This document shows, piece by piece, positions 8,842 through 18,049 of a stretch of 43,022 bases of DNA (position 1 is its first letter; each line of letters begins with the position of its first letter). The notes beneath the pieces were generated by a model. That model worked only from the letters and a program-made list of their open reading frames with translations. It did no database searches and had not been told where the DNA came from. The DNA comes from an uncultured Bacilli bacterium (lineage in GTDB: Bacteria; Bacillota_I; Bacilli_A; RF39; UBA660). The DNA is taken from the NCBI GenBank assembly GCA_947627845.1, contig CANQXQ010000002.1, positions 1 to 43,022 of the forward strand, written 5' to 3'. The translations under genes were made by a program, and so were the position numbers.

Positions 8842-10022
8842 AACATTATATTAAAATAAAAATAGCTACTACTAATGCTTCTTTGCTAATCTTAAAACTC
8901 AATAAAATAAATGTTGATATTAAAAATATAGTCTATAATAAAGATAGTCTTATATTAGATATATTAGCAAGTGATTTAAAAAGAGTTAAAAAGTATTTAG
9001 TCAGTTCTAAAATTACCATTATTGAAGAAACAGGTATTTATAAACTCCAAAATATTTTCAAGCAAAATTTATTATTTATCACTAGTATTATTTTTGCTTT
9101 GCTTGTTTTTGTAATTTTAAATCATGTTATTATTAAAGTTAATATTGTTCATGAAAATTTCGAATTAAGAAATATTATTAAAGAAGATTTAACTAAATAT
9201 GGAGTCACAGCTTTAAGTTTTAAAAAAAGTTATCAAGAATATGAAAAGATAATTAAACAAATAAAAGATAATCATAAAGATAAAATAGAATGGTTAGAAA
9301 TTGATGTTAAAGGTATGGTTATAAATATTCGAGTTGAAGAAAGAATTATTAATAATTTTGAAGAACAAACCGGTTATTGTCATGTTATTGCTAACAAAAG
9401 TGGAATTGTCAAAAACATTTTAACTAAAAAAGGAGTTAGTTTAGTTACCATTAATGATTTTGTAAATAAGGGCGATATTTTAATTAGTGGGGAAATTAAA
9501 TTAAATGAAGAAGTAAAAAATGATGTTTGTGCTTCTGGAGAAGTATATGCCGAAGTTTGGTATCAGGCCTCAGCCAGTATTCCACTTAATTATGAACTAA
9601 AAGAAGATACTGGTAAAATGCGTTATAATTTTATGGTCAAAAAAGATATGACAGAAACGGTTTTATTAAAATCTCGTCTTTCTAATAAAAGAGTGGAAAA
9701 TAAATTATTATTTAAATTATTTGGTTTTGAATTTTATTTCCAAAAAGAATATGAAGAAAAAATTACTAAAAAAACTTATACCCAAGAAGAGGGTCTAAAA
9801 TATGCGCAAGAATTAATTCATGAAAAATTAAAAATTCAAGGTTCACAAATTGATAAGATAATTAATGAAAAAGTCTTGCAAAAAAATGTAAATAATGATA
9901 ATTTAAATATAGATATGTTTATTGCAACTTTAGAAGAAATAGGAACTACTAAAAGCTATACAAAAGAAACGAGTGATACTAGTGATATCGAGAATAATAA
10001 AGATCATAACGGAATCAGTTGA
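8838..10022 (+). CDS. yqfD: Sporulation protein YqfD (stage IV)
   Basis: 394 aa with a single central TM segment. Conserved yqfC-yqfD-...-ybeY-dgkA-era context. Confidence 0.7.
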   Translation: MKHYIKIKIATTNASLLILKLNKINVDIKNIVYNKDSLILDILASDLKRVKKYLVSSKITIIEETGIYKLQNIFKQNLLFITSIIFALLVFVILNHVIIKVNIVHENFELRNIIKEDLTKYGVTALSFKKSYQEYEKIIKQIKDNHKDKIEWLEIDVKGMVINIRVEERIINNFEEQTGYCHVIANKSGIVKNILTKKGVSLVTINDFVNKGDILISGEIKLNEEVKNDVCASGEVYAEVWYQASASIPLNYELKEDTGKMRYNFMVKKDMTETVLLKSRLSNKRVENKLLFKLFGFEFYFQKEYEEKITKKTYTQEEGLKYAQELIHEKLKIQGSQIDKIINEKVLQKNVNNDNLNIDMFIATLEEIGTTKSYTKETSDTSDIENNKDHNGIS

Positions 10023-10026
10023 TAAT

Positions 10027-10608
10027 ATGTGGCCCATGCTTACTATATTTTTAGTAATTATTGCCACAGTTCGCATTGCGGCGATTAAATCCAATAATGA
10101 AAAATTAGTTTTTTATAAAGAATTTGGTAGCCTCCTATTTATCGTTTATATCTTTTTATTATATGAACTCTTAACGAGAACGGAACTTAACTCTATAAGT
10201 GGGTATAATTTAGTTCCTTTTACGGAAATATTTCGTTACCCCATCGGTAGTGACTCTTTCTATTTTAATGTAGTAGGTAATATTGCCATATTTATTCCTT
10301 TTGGTTATTTTATCTCTACTTATATTAAACCCCATAAAATATTACCAATTTTAATTGTAAGTGTAATTTCTAGTACTACCGTCGAATTTGTGCAACTATG
10401 TATTGGTCGGAGCTTTGATGTTGATGATATTTTATTAAATGCGATCGGTTCTATTATTGGTTTTTTACTCTATGTTGCTTTAAACGCTATCAAAAAATAC
10501 TTACCAAGTATTTTTGGTAAAGATATCATTTATAATATTATTTGTTTTATTATTTTAATATTTATTGTGTTATTTTTACTTAATCGAATGGGGGTAAATA
10601 TTGCATGA
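10027..10608 (+). CDS. VanZ-like membrane protein
   Basis: Multi-pass membrane protein with the VanZ-type motif EFVQL..GRSFDVDDILLNAIGSIIGF. ATG 10027, just after the yqfD stop, is preferred over the track's overlapping start. Confidence 0.65.
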   Translation: MWPMLTIFLVIIATVRIAAIKSNNEKLVFYKEFGSLLFIVYIFLLYELLTRTELNSISGYNLVPFTEIFRYPIGSDSFYFNVVGNIAIFIPFGYFISTYIKPHKILPILIVSVISSTTVEFVQLCIGRSFDVDDILLNAIGSIIGFLLYVALNAIKKYLPSIFGKDIIYNIICFIILIFIVLFLLNRMGVNIA

Positions 10609-11048
10609 ATAAGTATGTTATAAATGATTTAGTAAATGTCGATTTTGATTATAAATATCTAAAAAAAGTTATCAAAAGAACCTTAAAAAAAGAACATGTT
10701 AAGAATGCTTATTTTTCTATTATTTTTGTCGATAAAAAGACTATTCAAGAACTTAATAAAAATTATCGTCATTTAGATAAAGTTACTGATGTTATATCAT
10801 TTGCCTTTGAAGATAACAAAAGTATTTGCTATAATAATATCAGAGTTTTAGGTGATATATATATATGTATTCCCCGTATGTTAGAACAAGCTTTAGAGTA
10901 TGGTCATTCCCCTAAAAGAGAACTTGCTTTTCTAACGGTGCATGGTTTATTACATTTATTAGGTTATGATCATCAAACAAAAGAAGAAGAAGAGGTTATG
11001 TTTGGATTACAGGAGTTGATTTTAAATGAGGAAAATATTAGAAGGTAA
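10605..11048 (+). CDS. ybeY: rRNA maturation endoribonuclease YbeY
   Basis: HGLLHLLGYDH zinc-binding motif; 147 aa. Confidence 0.9.
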   Translation: MNKYVINDLVNVDFDYKYLKKVIKRTLKKEHVKNAYFSIIFVDKKTIQELNKNYRHLDKVTDVISFAFEDNKSICYNNIRVLGDIYICIPRMLEQALEYGHSPKRELAFLTVHGLLHLLGYDHQTKEEEEVMFGLQELILNEENIRR

Positions 11049-11472
11049 AGAATTAAAAGTCCAAGATGTTAAAAAATTTAATCGCGAAAATGTTAAAGTA
11101 TATGGCTATAAAAGATTTTTAAAAAGTCTTAAATATTCTTTAGATGGTTTAAGATATGCTTATCGTTATGAACAAAGTTTATGGCTTCATGCTTTTGCGA
11201 CGGTATTTGCTATTATTTTAGGTTTAACCTTTCAAATAAAACTTTCCGAATGGGCCATTATTTTTATTGCTTTAGGAAGTATTTTAGCTTTAGAGTTAAT
11301 TAATACAGCCATTGAAGCCGCGGTTGATTTAACGACAACCGAAATTCATCCTTTAGCTAAAATAGCCAAAGATTGTGGTTCCGCGGCTTCTTTTATGATG
11401 TCTATTGTTTCCATTGTTATCAGTTTATTTGTTTTTGGTCCTTATTTAAAAGAATTATTTAGTTTTTTATAA
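11026..11472 (+). CDS. dgkA: Diacylglycerol/undecaprenol kinase family protein
   Basis: Three TM segments and the NTAIEAAVD motif. Located between ybeY and era. Confidence 0.85.
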   Translation: MRKILEGKELKVQDVKKFNRENVKVYGYKRFLKSLKYSLDGLRYAYRYEQSLWLHAFATVFAIILGLTFQIKLSEWAIIFIALGSILALELINTAIEAAVDLTTTEIHPLAKIAKDCGSAASFMMSIVSIVISLFVFGPYLKELFSFL

Positions 11473-11494
11473 TATAGAAAGAAAGGGAGTCTTT

Positions 11495-12379
11495 ATGAAA
11501 AGTGGTTTTGTAAGTATAATTGGTCGTCCTAATGTTGGCAAATCAACACTTCTAAATACTTTAATAAATGAAAAAGTAGCTATCACATCTAAAGTTGCTG
11601 GGACTACTAGAAATATTATTCAAGGTATTTATAATGAAAAAGATTATCAAATTGTTTTTATGGACACCCCCGGAATTATTAAACCTTTAAATAAATTAGG
11701 TCGAATTACTAATAAACAAGCTTTATCTTTAACTAAAGATATTGATTGCTTATTATTTGTCGTCGATGCTTCCGCCGGTTTAGGCATAGGTGATAAACAT
11801 ATTATCGAAATTCTCAAAAGAACAGAATCTCCAGTTATTTTAGTTTTAAATAAAATTGATAAACTTAATAATGTGGAAATAATGTATAGTATTAATGAAT
11901 ATAAAGATTTATACCCCTTTAGTGAAATAGTCCCAGTATCAGCTAAAGATAAAGATAATACTGATCATTTAATTGAAGTTATCAAAAAATATTTAAAAGA
12001 TGGCATTAAATATTTTGATGAAGATATTAAAACTAGTAATAGTCCTTATTTTATGGTTAGTGAAATTGTAAGAGAAAAATTATTTAATATTTTATTAGAG
12101 GAAATCCCTCATAGTCTTACTTGTCATACCACTTTTTATGAAGAAAAAAAAGATATTATTAATGTTGGGGTAGATATTATTGTTGATCGTGATTCGATTA
12201 AAAAAATTATCATTGGTAAAAAAGGGGAAAGATTAAAAGAAATAGGTACTTTAGCCCGCAAGGAATTAGAAGAATATTTTGGCAAAAAAGTTTATTTAGA
12301 AATTTATGTTAAAACCATTAAAAATTGGAAAGATAAAGATAAATATATCAAAGAGTTAGGTTTTTTAGATTCTATCTAA
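11495..12379 (+). CDS. era: GTPase Era
   Basis: G1 GRPNVGKST, G3 DTPG, G4 NKID, and a C-terminal KH domain (IIGKKGERLKEIG). Confidence 0.95.
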   Translation: MKSGFVSIIGRPNVGKSTLLNTLINEKVAITSKVAGTTRNIIQGIYNEKDYQIVFMDTPGIIKPLNKLGRITNKQALSLTKDIDCLLFVVDASAGLGIGDKHIIEILKRTESPVILVLNKIDKLNNVEIMYSINEYKDLYPFSEIVPVSAKDKDNTDHLIEVIKKYLKDGIKYFDEDIKTSNSPYFMVSEIVREKLFNILLEEIPHSLTCHTTFYEEKKDIINVGVDIIVDRDSIKKIIIGKKGERLKEIGTLARKELEEYFGKKVYLEIYVKTIKNWKDKDKYIKELGFLDSI

Positions 12380-12396
12380 AAAAATAGGAGTTAAAA

Positions 12397-13809
12397 ATGA
12401 AGTATGATATTGTAGTCGTGGGCGCTGGACCCAGTAGTGTTTTTCTAGCTTATGAGGCCATTAAGCTAAAACCTGATTTAAAAATTTTATTAGTTGAACA
12501 AGGAAAACCCGTCGAAGAAAGAAATTGCCCAATAAATAAAGTTGGTAAATGTGTAAAATGTCCTATGTGTAATATTACCTGTGGTTTTAGTGGAGCCGGA
12601 GCTTTTTCGGATGGTAAACTATCTTTATATGATAATAATGATAATGATATCTATGTTGGTGGTGATCTTCATCATTATATTGGGGTCGAAGAAACCAAAA
12701 AATTAATTGATTATACTGATAACATTTATTTAGAATTTGGCGCCGATCATCATCTTGAGGGTATAGAATATAAAGAAGAAATTAAAAAAATTAAAGCTAA
12801 AGCGCAAAAAGAAAACATCGATTTAATAAATATTCCTATTAGACATTTAGGTACTGAAAAAAGTCATGAATTATATTATAAATTAGAAAAATATTTACTT
12901 GATCAGGGGATTAAAATACTATTTAATACCGAGGTTAAAGATTTAATCATTGAAAATAATACGGCTAAAGGAATAATCATCAAATCTTTAAATAAAAATG
13001 AAACTGAAAAAATTGAAGCCCAAAAAGTGGTATTAGCTGTAGGTAGAAAAGGGGCTAATTGGTTATCTTCTATGTGTAGTACCCATGATATTAAAAGAGA
13101 ATCCGGCATAGTTGATATTGGTATTCGCTACGAATTACCTGATAAAATAATGCAAGAAGTAAATAAATATATGTATGAAGCTAAATTTATTCAAAGACCG
13201 GCTCCTTTTAAAGATAAAGTCCGTACTTTCTGTCAAAATCCTAGTGGCTTTGTAGCTTCCGAAGTTTATGATGATGCGCTAACTTTAGTAAATGGTCATT
13301 CTTATAAAGAAAAGAAAAGCACTAATACTAATTTAGCTATTTTAGTTTCCCATCACTTTAATCATCCTTTTGATAAACCCATCGAATATGGCCGTAATGT
13401 AGCTAAAAACTTAAATTCTTTAGGTGATGGTAATATTGTTGTTCAAAGATTAGGTGATATTTATCGTGGGAAAAGAACCTGGCCCGAGGAATTAGCTCAT
13501 AATTCGGTAGTTCCCACTTTAAAAGCCGCGGTCGCCGGTGATATTACTTATGCTTTAGGTTATCGTACCATGACTGATATTTTAGAATTTATTCGTAGTT
13601 TAGATAAAGTAATCGAAGGCTTTGCTCATCCTGATAATTTACTTTATGGTCCCGAAATTAAATTTTATAGTAATAAAGTTTTAATTGATGAAAATCTAGA
13701 AACTAGCGTGCACAATCTCTATTCCATTGGTGATGGTGGAGGTTTAACACGAGGACTTATGATGGCTTCCGCCTCCGGTGTTGCTTTAGCAAGAAAAATA
13801 GTTAAATAA
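12397..13809 (+). CDS. FAD-dependent oxidoreductase family protein (uncharacterised, COG2509-like)
   Basis: N-terminal dinucleotide-binding motif VVVGAGPSS, a Cys cluster CPINKVGKCVKCPMCNITCG, and a C-terminal GDGGG motif. Confidence 0.6.
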   Translation: MKYDIVVVGAGPSSVFLAYEAIKLKPDLKILLVEQGKPVEERNCPINKVGKCVKCPMCNITCGFSGAGAFSDGKLSLYDNNDNDIYVGGDLHHYIGVEETKKLIDYTDNIYLEFGADHHLEGIEYKEEIKKIKAKAQKENIDLINIPIRHLGTEKSHELYYKLEKYLLDQGIKILFNTEVKDLIIENNTAKGIIIKSLNKNETEKIEAQKVVLAVGRKGANWLSSMCSTHDIKRESGIVDIGIRYELPDKIMQEVNKYMYEAKFIQRPAPFKDKVRTFCQNPSGFVASEVYDDALTLVNGHSYKEKKSTNTNLAILVSHHFNHPFDKPIEYGRNVAKNLNSLGDGNIVVQRLGDIYRGKRTWPEELAHNSVVPTLKAAVAGDITYALGYRTMTDILEFIRSLDKVIEGFAHPDNLLYGPEIKFYSNKVLIDENLETSVHNLYSIGDGGGLTRGLMMASASGVALARKIVK

Positions 13810-13812
13810 GGC

Positions 13813-14172
13813 TTAGTCCTTATTTTTTAAATCATTTAATTCTTTTTCAATCTTTTTAATTGCTTCTAATAAAAATTCTACTTCGGGTCTTTGATTTTGA
13901 TTACTTTTACTGTTATTTGTAAAGACACTTCCACCCATTTTAGCTTCGCGACTATTAATATTAATATTGGAATGTTCTATTCTTCCCTCAATTAATTGTT
14001 GCTGAGCAGCACTAGTTAAAATAAATTGCCCAATTAAAATAAGCCAGTTACCTAAACTGTTTTGTTCCGCGGCACTATAATCACCCACACAAGCCGAACC
14101 AATTAAAACCGCAATAAAAGAAAAGACTTGGGGATTAATATTTGGTGGAAAATCATTTGAATTTAAAGCCAT
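13813..14172 (-). CDS. Small conserved hypothetical protein
   Basis: Good SD (AAGGGGGA). The core EQNSLGNWLILIGQFILTSAAQQQ resembles a small Firmicute family of unknown function, followed by a charged coiled tail. Confidence 0.5.
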   Translation of the reverse strand: MALNSNDFPPNINPQVFSFIAVLIGSACVGDYSAAEQNSLGNWLILIGQFILTSAAQQQLIEGRIEHSNININSREAKMGGSVFTNNSKSNQNQRPEVEFLLEAIKKIEKELNDLKNKD

Positions 14173-14259
14173 AAATAATCCCCCTTATCTATTTAATTTT
14201 ATTCGGGGTAATTGCAAAAACAACTAAAATATAATATAATGAAATTGGTGATGCATTCT

Positions 14260-14841
14260 ATGCAAATAAATAGTGTTGATTTAACAGCGATGGCAGTTAG
14301 AACAAGTCAGTACCCTAATGATAAACTACCAGAGTTTTTATTAGTTGGAAGAAGTAATGTGGGCAAATCAAGTTTTATAAATACCTTAATTAATCGTAAA
14401 AACTTTGCTTATACTTCCTCAAAACCTGGAAAAACTCAAACTTTAAATTTCTATTTAGTTAATAAAGCTTTTTATTTTGTTGATGTTCCTGGATATGGGT
14501 ATGCATCCGGCCCTCAAGAAAGACAAAAGAAATTTGGTGTTATGATTGAAGATTATATCAAAAGTAGAGAAAACTTAAAATGTGTCTTCATGCTTATTGA
14601 TTATCGTCATAAACCTACTGAAGATGATGTTTTAATGTATGAATTTTTAAAATTTTATAATTTAAATATTAAAATAATTGCGACTAAATTTGATAAAGTT
14701 AAAAAAAGTAGTCGTGATAAACAAAATAAACTAATTAAAGATACTTTAAAATTAAAAGAGGAGGAGGAATTCATTACTTTTTCGACTGTTTCTAAAAAAG
14801 GCAAAGATGAAGTTTATGAATTAATAAATAATTTATTATGA
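14260..14841 (+). CDS. engB: Ribosome biogenesis GTPase EngB/YsxC
   Basis: GRSNVGKSSFIN, SSKPGKTQ, DVPGYGY and TKFDK motifs. A TATAAT at about 14230-14240 argues against the track start at 14212. ATG 14251 or 14260 are both possible. Confidence 0.85.
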   Translation: MQINSVDLTAMAVRTSQYPNDKLPEFLLVGRSNVGKSSFINTLINRKNFAYTSSKPGKTQTLNFYLVNKAFYFVDVPGYGYASGPQERQKKFGVMIEDYIKSRENLKCVFMLIDYRHKPTEDDVLMYEFLKFYNLNIKIIATKFDKVKKSSRDKQNKLIKDTLKLKEEEEFITFSTVSKKGKDEVYELINNLL

Positions 14842-15380
14842 TTAAAAGTAAAAGAGAAAAAAATTTAGTTGATGATTATGTTGTCTTTGATTTAGAAACT
14901 ACTGGTTTTGATCCTATTTTAAATGAAATAATTGAAATCGGGGCTTTAAAATATAAAAATAATGAATTAGTCGCCGAATTTAATGTTTTAGTAAAGCCTC
15001 AAGAGTCTATTCCTAGTGTAATTACCAATATTACGGGAATTGATGATTTAATGGTTAAAGATGCTTCTAATATAGAAGAAGTATTACCTAAATTTTTAGA
15101 ATTTATTGATAATCTTCCTTTAATTGCTCATAATTCCCGTTTTGATATATCATTCATAGAGGAAAATATCAAAAAATTAAATTTACCCGAGCTTAATAAT
15201 ACTAATATTGATACGGTATGGTTAGCTCGTAAATATATTCCCGAGACTAAAGATGCAAAACTTGAAACTTTAAAAAGTCATTTTAATTTAGCTTATGGTT
15301 CCCATCGTAGTTTAGAAGATTGTTACACCACTAATTATGTTTATCAATATTGCAAAAATCAAGCTTTAGTTAAAAATTAA
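14838..15380 (+). CDS. DnaQ-like DEDDh 3'-5' exonuclease
   Basis: Exo motifs VVFDLETTG, HNSRFDISF and HRSLEDC. Confidence 0.8.
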   Translation: MIKSKREKNLVDDYVVFDLETTGFDPILNEIIEIGALKYKNNELVAEFNVLVKPQESIPSVITNITGIDDLMVKDASNIEEVLPKFLEFIDNLPLIAHNSRFDISFIEENIKKLNLPELNNTNIDTVWLARKYIPETKDAKLETLKSHFNLAYGSHRSLEDCYTTNYVYQYCKNQALVKN

Positions 15381-15388
15381 AGCTTTTT
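15363..15388 (+). terminator. Intrinsic terminator overlapping the exonuclease stop codon
   Basis: Stem GCTTTA / TAAAGC, 9-nt loop, then TTTTT. Confidence 0.6.
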
Positions 15389-15390
15389 AC

Positions 15391-15419
15391 TTGCTAAAAT
15401 ATTAATCTTTTCTTATAAT
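15391..15419 (+). promoter_or_regulatory. Sigma-A promoter of the HExxH gene
   Basis: TTGCTA, 17-nt spacer, TATAAT. The start codons lie only 9-18 nt downstream, giving a near-leaderless transcript. Confidence 0.5.
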
Positions 15420-15427
15420 AAAAACTT

Positions 15428-16435
15428 GTGATGTTTATGGCTAAATTTAGTAATATTTCTTCTTTAAATCAAAAATATGTTAATATAATTGCTGATTTTT
15501 TAAATAAAGCTAAACCATCTTTAATCGCGGCTTTTGTAAATTTTTATGGAACTAACCATCAAAAATACATTGAATATATAATAGATAATATCAAGTATAT
15601 ATATGTTATAAGTGAAGAGTCTTTAACCTTTTATAAAGATTACGCTTTTAAAGAACGAGCAATTTTCACTTACTATTTAGCATATCTAAACTATATCAAA
15701 CATCAAGTTAAATTACTTCCTCTAAAAGAAAGAGAAAATTATTTATATAATGCTTATGTCGTGGGAGCTTCTTTTCCCCTTGAAGATGTCCCATATTATT
15801 TAATTGTTGATGATCTTCCGACTTTAGGACCCGCTTTTTTTAATGCTTATAATTTTGATCAAATTGATAAAATTATTTGCTTACCGATAATTTCTATTAA
15901 TCTCTATTTAATAATTCATGAAATAAATCATGCCCTAACTACGGAAGCTTTAGCTTTTTTACCGGATGAAGAAATTAGCAATAATCCTTTTCGAGATACT
16001 ATCGTTGATGAATTAATCAATGAACTAATGACTTATGATATTTATCAAGAATATCAAAAATTGGGTGGAAAAGATATTTTTGGTTTACCTATGTTTAATT
16101 ATTGTAATGCTTACACTAATGGTTTATCTTTAGTTAAATCTTTTTATGATACTTTTAAATCACTAATAAAAGAAAGTCTTATCACTCGTAATGATGCTTT
16201 AATTAGAAAACAGCTGGGCCCAGAAGTTTTAAGTGAATATTGTAAGTTAGTTGAAAAGTTATTTTTTGAAAATATTAGTGATCCTTCTGCCAAACTAGAG
16301 GAAGAACACCATTTAGATGAATTAATTGAAACCATGACTAATAATTATCTTTCCTCTTTCGAACCTGATTATGAAGCTTGGTTTACCGAAATGCTTCAAA
16401 ATGGTACTAGGGTAAGAAGATTAAGCAAAAATTGA
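15428..16435 (+). CDS. Hypothetical protein with an HExxH metallopeptidase-like motif
   Basis: IIHEINHAL followed about 25-30 aa later by DELINELM, a possible third ligand. I recognise no other family. Start ambiguous (GTG 15428, ATG 15431 or 15437). Confidence 0.5.
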   Translation: MMFMAKFSNISSLNQKYVNIIADFLNKAKPSLIAAFVNFYGTNHQKYIEYIIDNIKYIYVISEESLTFYKDYAFKERAIFTYYLAYLNYIKHQVKLLPLKERENYLYNAYVVGASFPLEDVPYYLIVDDLPTLGPAFFNAYNFDQIDKIICLPIISINLYLIIHEINHALTTEALAFLPDEEISNNPFRDTIVDELINELMTYDIYQEYQKLGGKDIFGLPMFNYCNAYTNGLSLVKSFYDTFKSLIKESLITRNDALIRKQLGPEVLSEYCKLVEKLFFENISDPSAKLEEEHHLDELIETMTNNYLSSFEPDYEAWFTEMLQNGTRVRRLSKN

Positions 16436-16591
16436 CAGCCATATTAAATTATGATATCATAAACAACTACATATGGCGAAATTTTAATTAGAAACAAATT
16501 ATATCAATTTTTAACGACACCAATATATTAAAAAACAATCATTAAGAAATGACAATGAAGTTATTTATTATCATAAGGAAAGGTGAATATC

Positions 16592-17950
16592 ATGGCAAAA
16601 GAAAATAATTTAGATTTAGATGATTATAAAATAAAAAAGCCAAAAAAATTAAAAGTCAAAAAGAAAGATAAAGAAGAAGCTAAAAAGAAAGAATTATTAG
16701 AATTAGAAAGCAACTTAAAAGTTGATGTCTTAAAATTACGAGCTGAATTCGAAAGCAACGAAGATTGTTCTTTTGAATCGATTACTAATATAATTAATAA
16801 GGTACATTATTTAAAAAATAATCTTAATAGTCTAAGTCTAACCGATGAAGAAATTAAAGGATTTAAAAAATCTTTAGAAGATATTATAGACATGTATGAT
16901 ACTGAATTATCAGCTACACTTGTTGCTACAACACTAATTAGTGCGGGTTTTGGAACTATTGGAGCTCTAATGTCATTAATTATTTTGCCATGGTGGGGAG
17001 CGGTTTTATTTTTTTTAATAATTACATTATATTTAACTTTTAGCCTTTATCACGATGCTAAAATTGATATGAATGGTGAAGCTTTTAAAGAATTAGATGA
17101 GCATATAGAAGATATAAAAGAATTAGATAAAGAGTTAGCTAGAAGATTAGAAGAACAAAAGCCTAATCAAGTAGAAGAGGCTAAAGAAATACATGAGCAA
17201 AAGGCTAACCAATTCGAAGAAACTAAAGACATAAAAGAAGAATACACTTTAGCTAGCTTAATTAATGATACTAAAAGAAATATAATGATGCTAAATAATG
17301 CGGATGAACCAAAGTTTAAAGAAAGACTCTCTATAGCATTAACCGAATTTAAAAATAGTTTAACAACTGCCAATAGTATGCCTAGTAATATGAAAAAAGA
17401 TATGGAATATTTTGCAAGTACTAAATTAACAAGTGAATTGAAAAGTATTAATGAAGATGTTTTAAAATTATATCAAGAAACTAAACAAAGAATGAAAGAT
17501 GAAAACTTAAATAAATTAATTAATGATTACATGAGTAATATTGATGATAGTAAAGATAAAACTCAAGATTTTATTAAATTAAAAGATAATTTAAAAACAT
17601 TTATAGATGATGAAGATATTTTAAGTAAAATGCAAATAGAAGAACGATTAGCTCAATGTTTTTACTATACAATTAAAGATTTTAGCATAGAAGAAGTAAA
17701 AATGATGTTAAATCATATCGAAGAAGATTTTTATGAAGCAATATCTTTAGTAGGAGAAGAAATTTTAAATGAAAGAGAAGATAACATAGAAATAACTTCT
17801 TACTACAATAGAATAAAAGAATTAAAACCACAATTAAATAGATATGATTATTTAGTATATATTTGCGCTATTTTACTAAATAGCAAAATTTTAAAACTAA
17901 AATATTCAGAAACAAAAAATAATTCCTTGTCTAGAAATAATAAAAATTAA
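16592..17950 (+). CDS. Hypothetical coiled-coil membrane protein
   Basis: Lys/Glu-rich helical regions flank two adjacent TM segments (LVATTLISAGFGTIGALMSLIILPWWGAVLFFLIITLYLTFSLY). Short tandem repeat NQVEEAKEI / NQFEETKDI. SD AAGGAAAGGTG precedes ATG 16592. Confidence 0.55.
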   Translation: MAKENNLDLDDYKIKKPKKLKVKKKDKEEAKKKELLELESNLKVDVLKLRAEFESNEDCSFESITNIINKVHYLKNNLNSLSLTDEEIKGFKKSLEDIIDMYDTELSATLVATTLISAGFGTIGALMSLIILPWWGAVLFFLIITLYLTFSLYHDAKIDMNGEAFKELDEHIEDIKELDKELARRLEEQKPNQVEEAKEIHEQKANQFEETKDIKEEYTLASLINDTKRNIMMLNNADEPKFKERLSIALTEFKNSLTTANSMPSNMKKDMEYFASTKLTSELKSINEDVLKLYQETKQRMKDENLNKLINDYMSNIDDSKDKTQDFIKLKDNLKTFIDDEDILSKMQIEERLAQCFYYTIKDFSIEEVKMMLNHIEEDFYEAISLVGEEILNEREDNIEITSYYNRIKELKPQLNRYDYLVYICAILLNSKILKLKYSETKNNSLSRNNKN

Positions 17951-17959
17951 ATAAATCCT

Positions 17960-17987
17960 TTGACAAACAAGTGATTTGTGCTATAAT
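17960..17987 (+). promoter_or_regulatory. Sigma-A promoter of the rimP-nusA-infB operon
   Basis: TTGACA 17960-17965, 16-nt spacer ending in TGc (extended -10), TATAAT 17982-17987. Confidence 0.7.
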
Positions 17988-18003
17988 TAGATTGACAGAT
18001 TTT

Positions 18004-18035
18004 AAGTGGGCAGAATATTCCCACTTTTATTTATT
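18004..18035 (+). terminator. Leader hairpin/attenuator upstream of rimP-nusA
   Basis: Stem AAGTGGG / CCCACTT, 9-nt loop, then an interrupted T-tract TTATTTATT. It lies between the promoter and the rimP SD. Confidence 0.55.
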
Positions 18036-18049
18036 ATAAAGGAGGCAAA

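Noticed and set aside
12903-13109. Minus-strand 68-aa ORF inside the FAD-dependent oxidoreductase gene
   Set aside because: Antisense shadow ORF with no SD and no recognisable features.
16144-17373. Minus-strand ORFs 16144-16335 and 17167-17373
   Set aside because: They lie entirely within plus-strand genes that have better signals. Ser/Leu-rich shadow frames.
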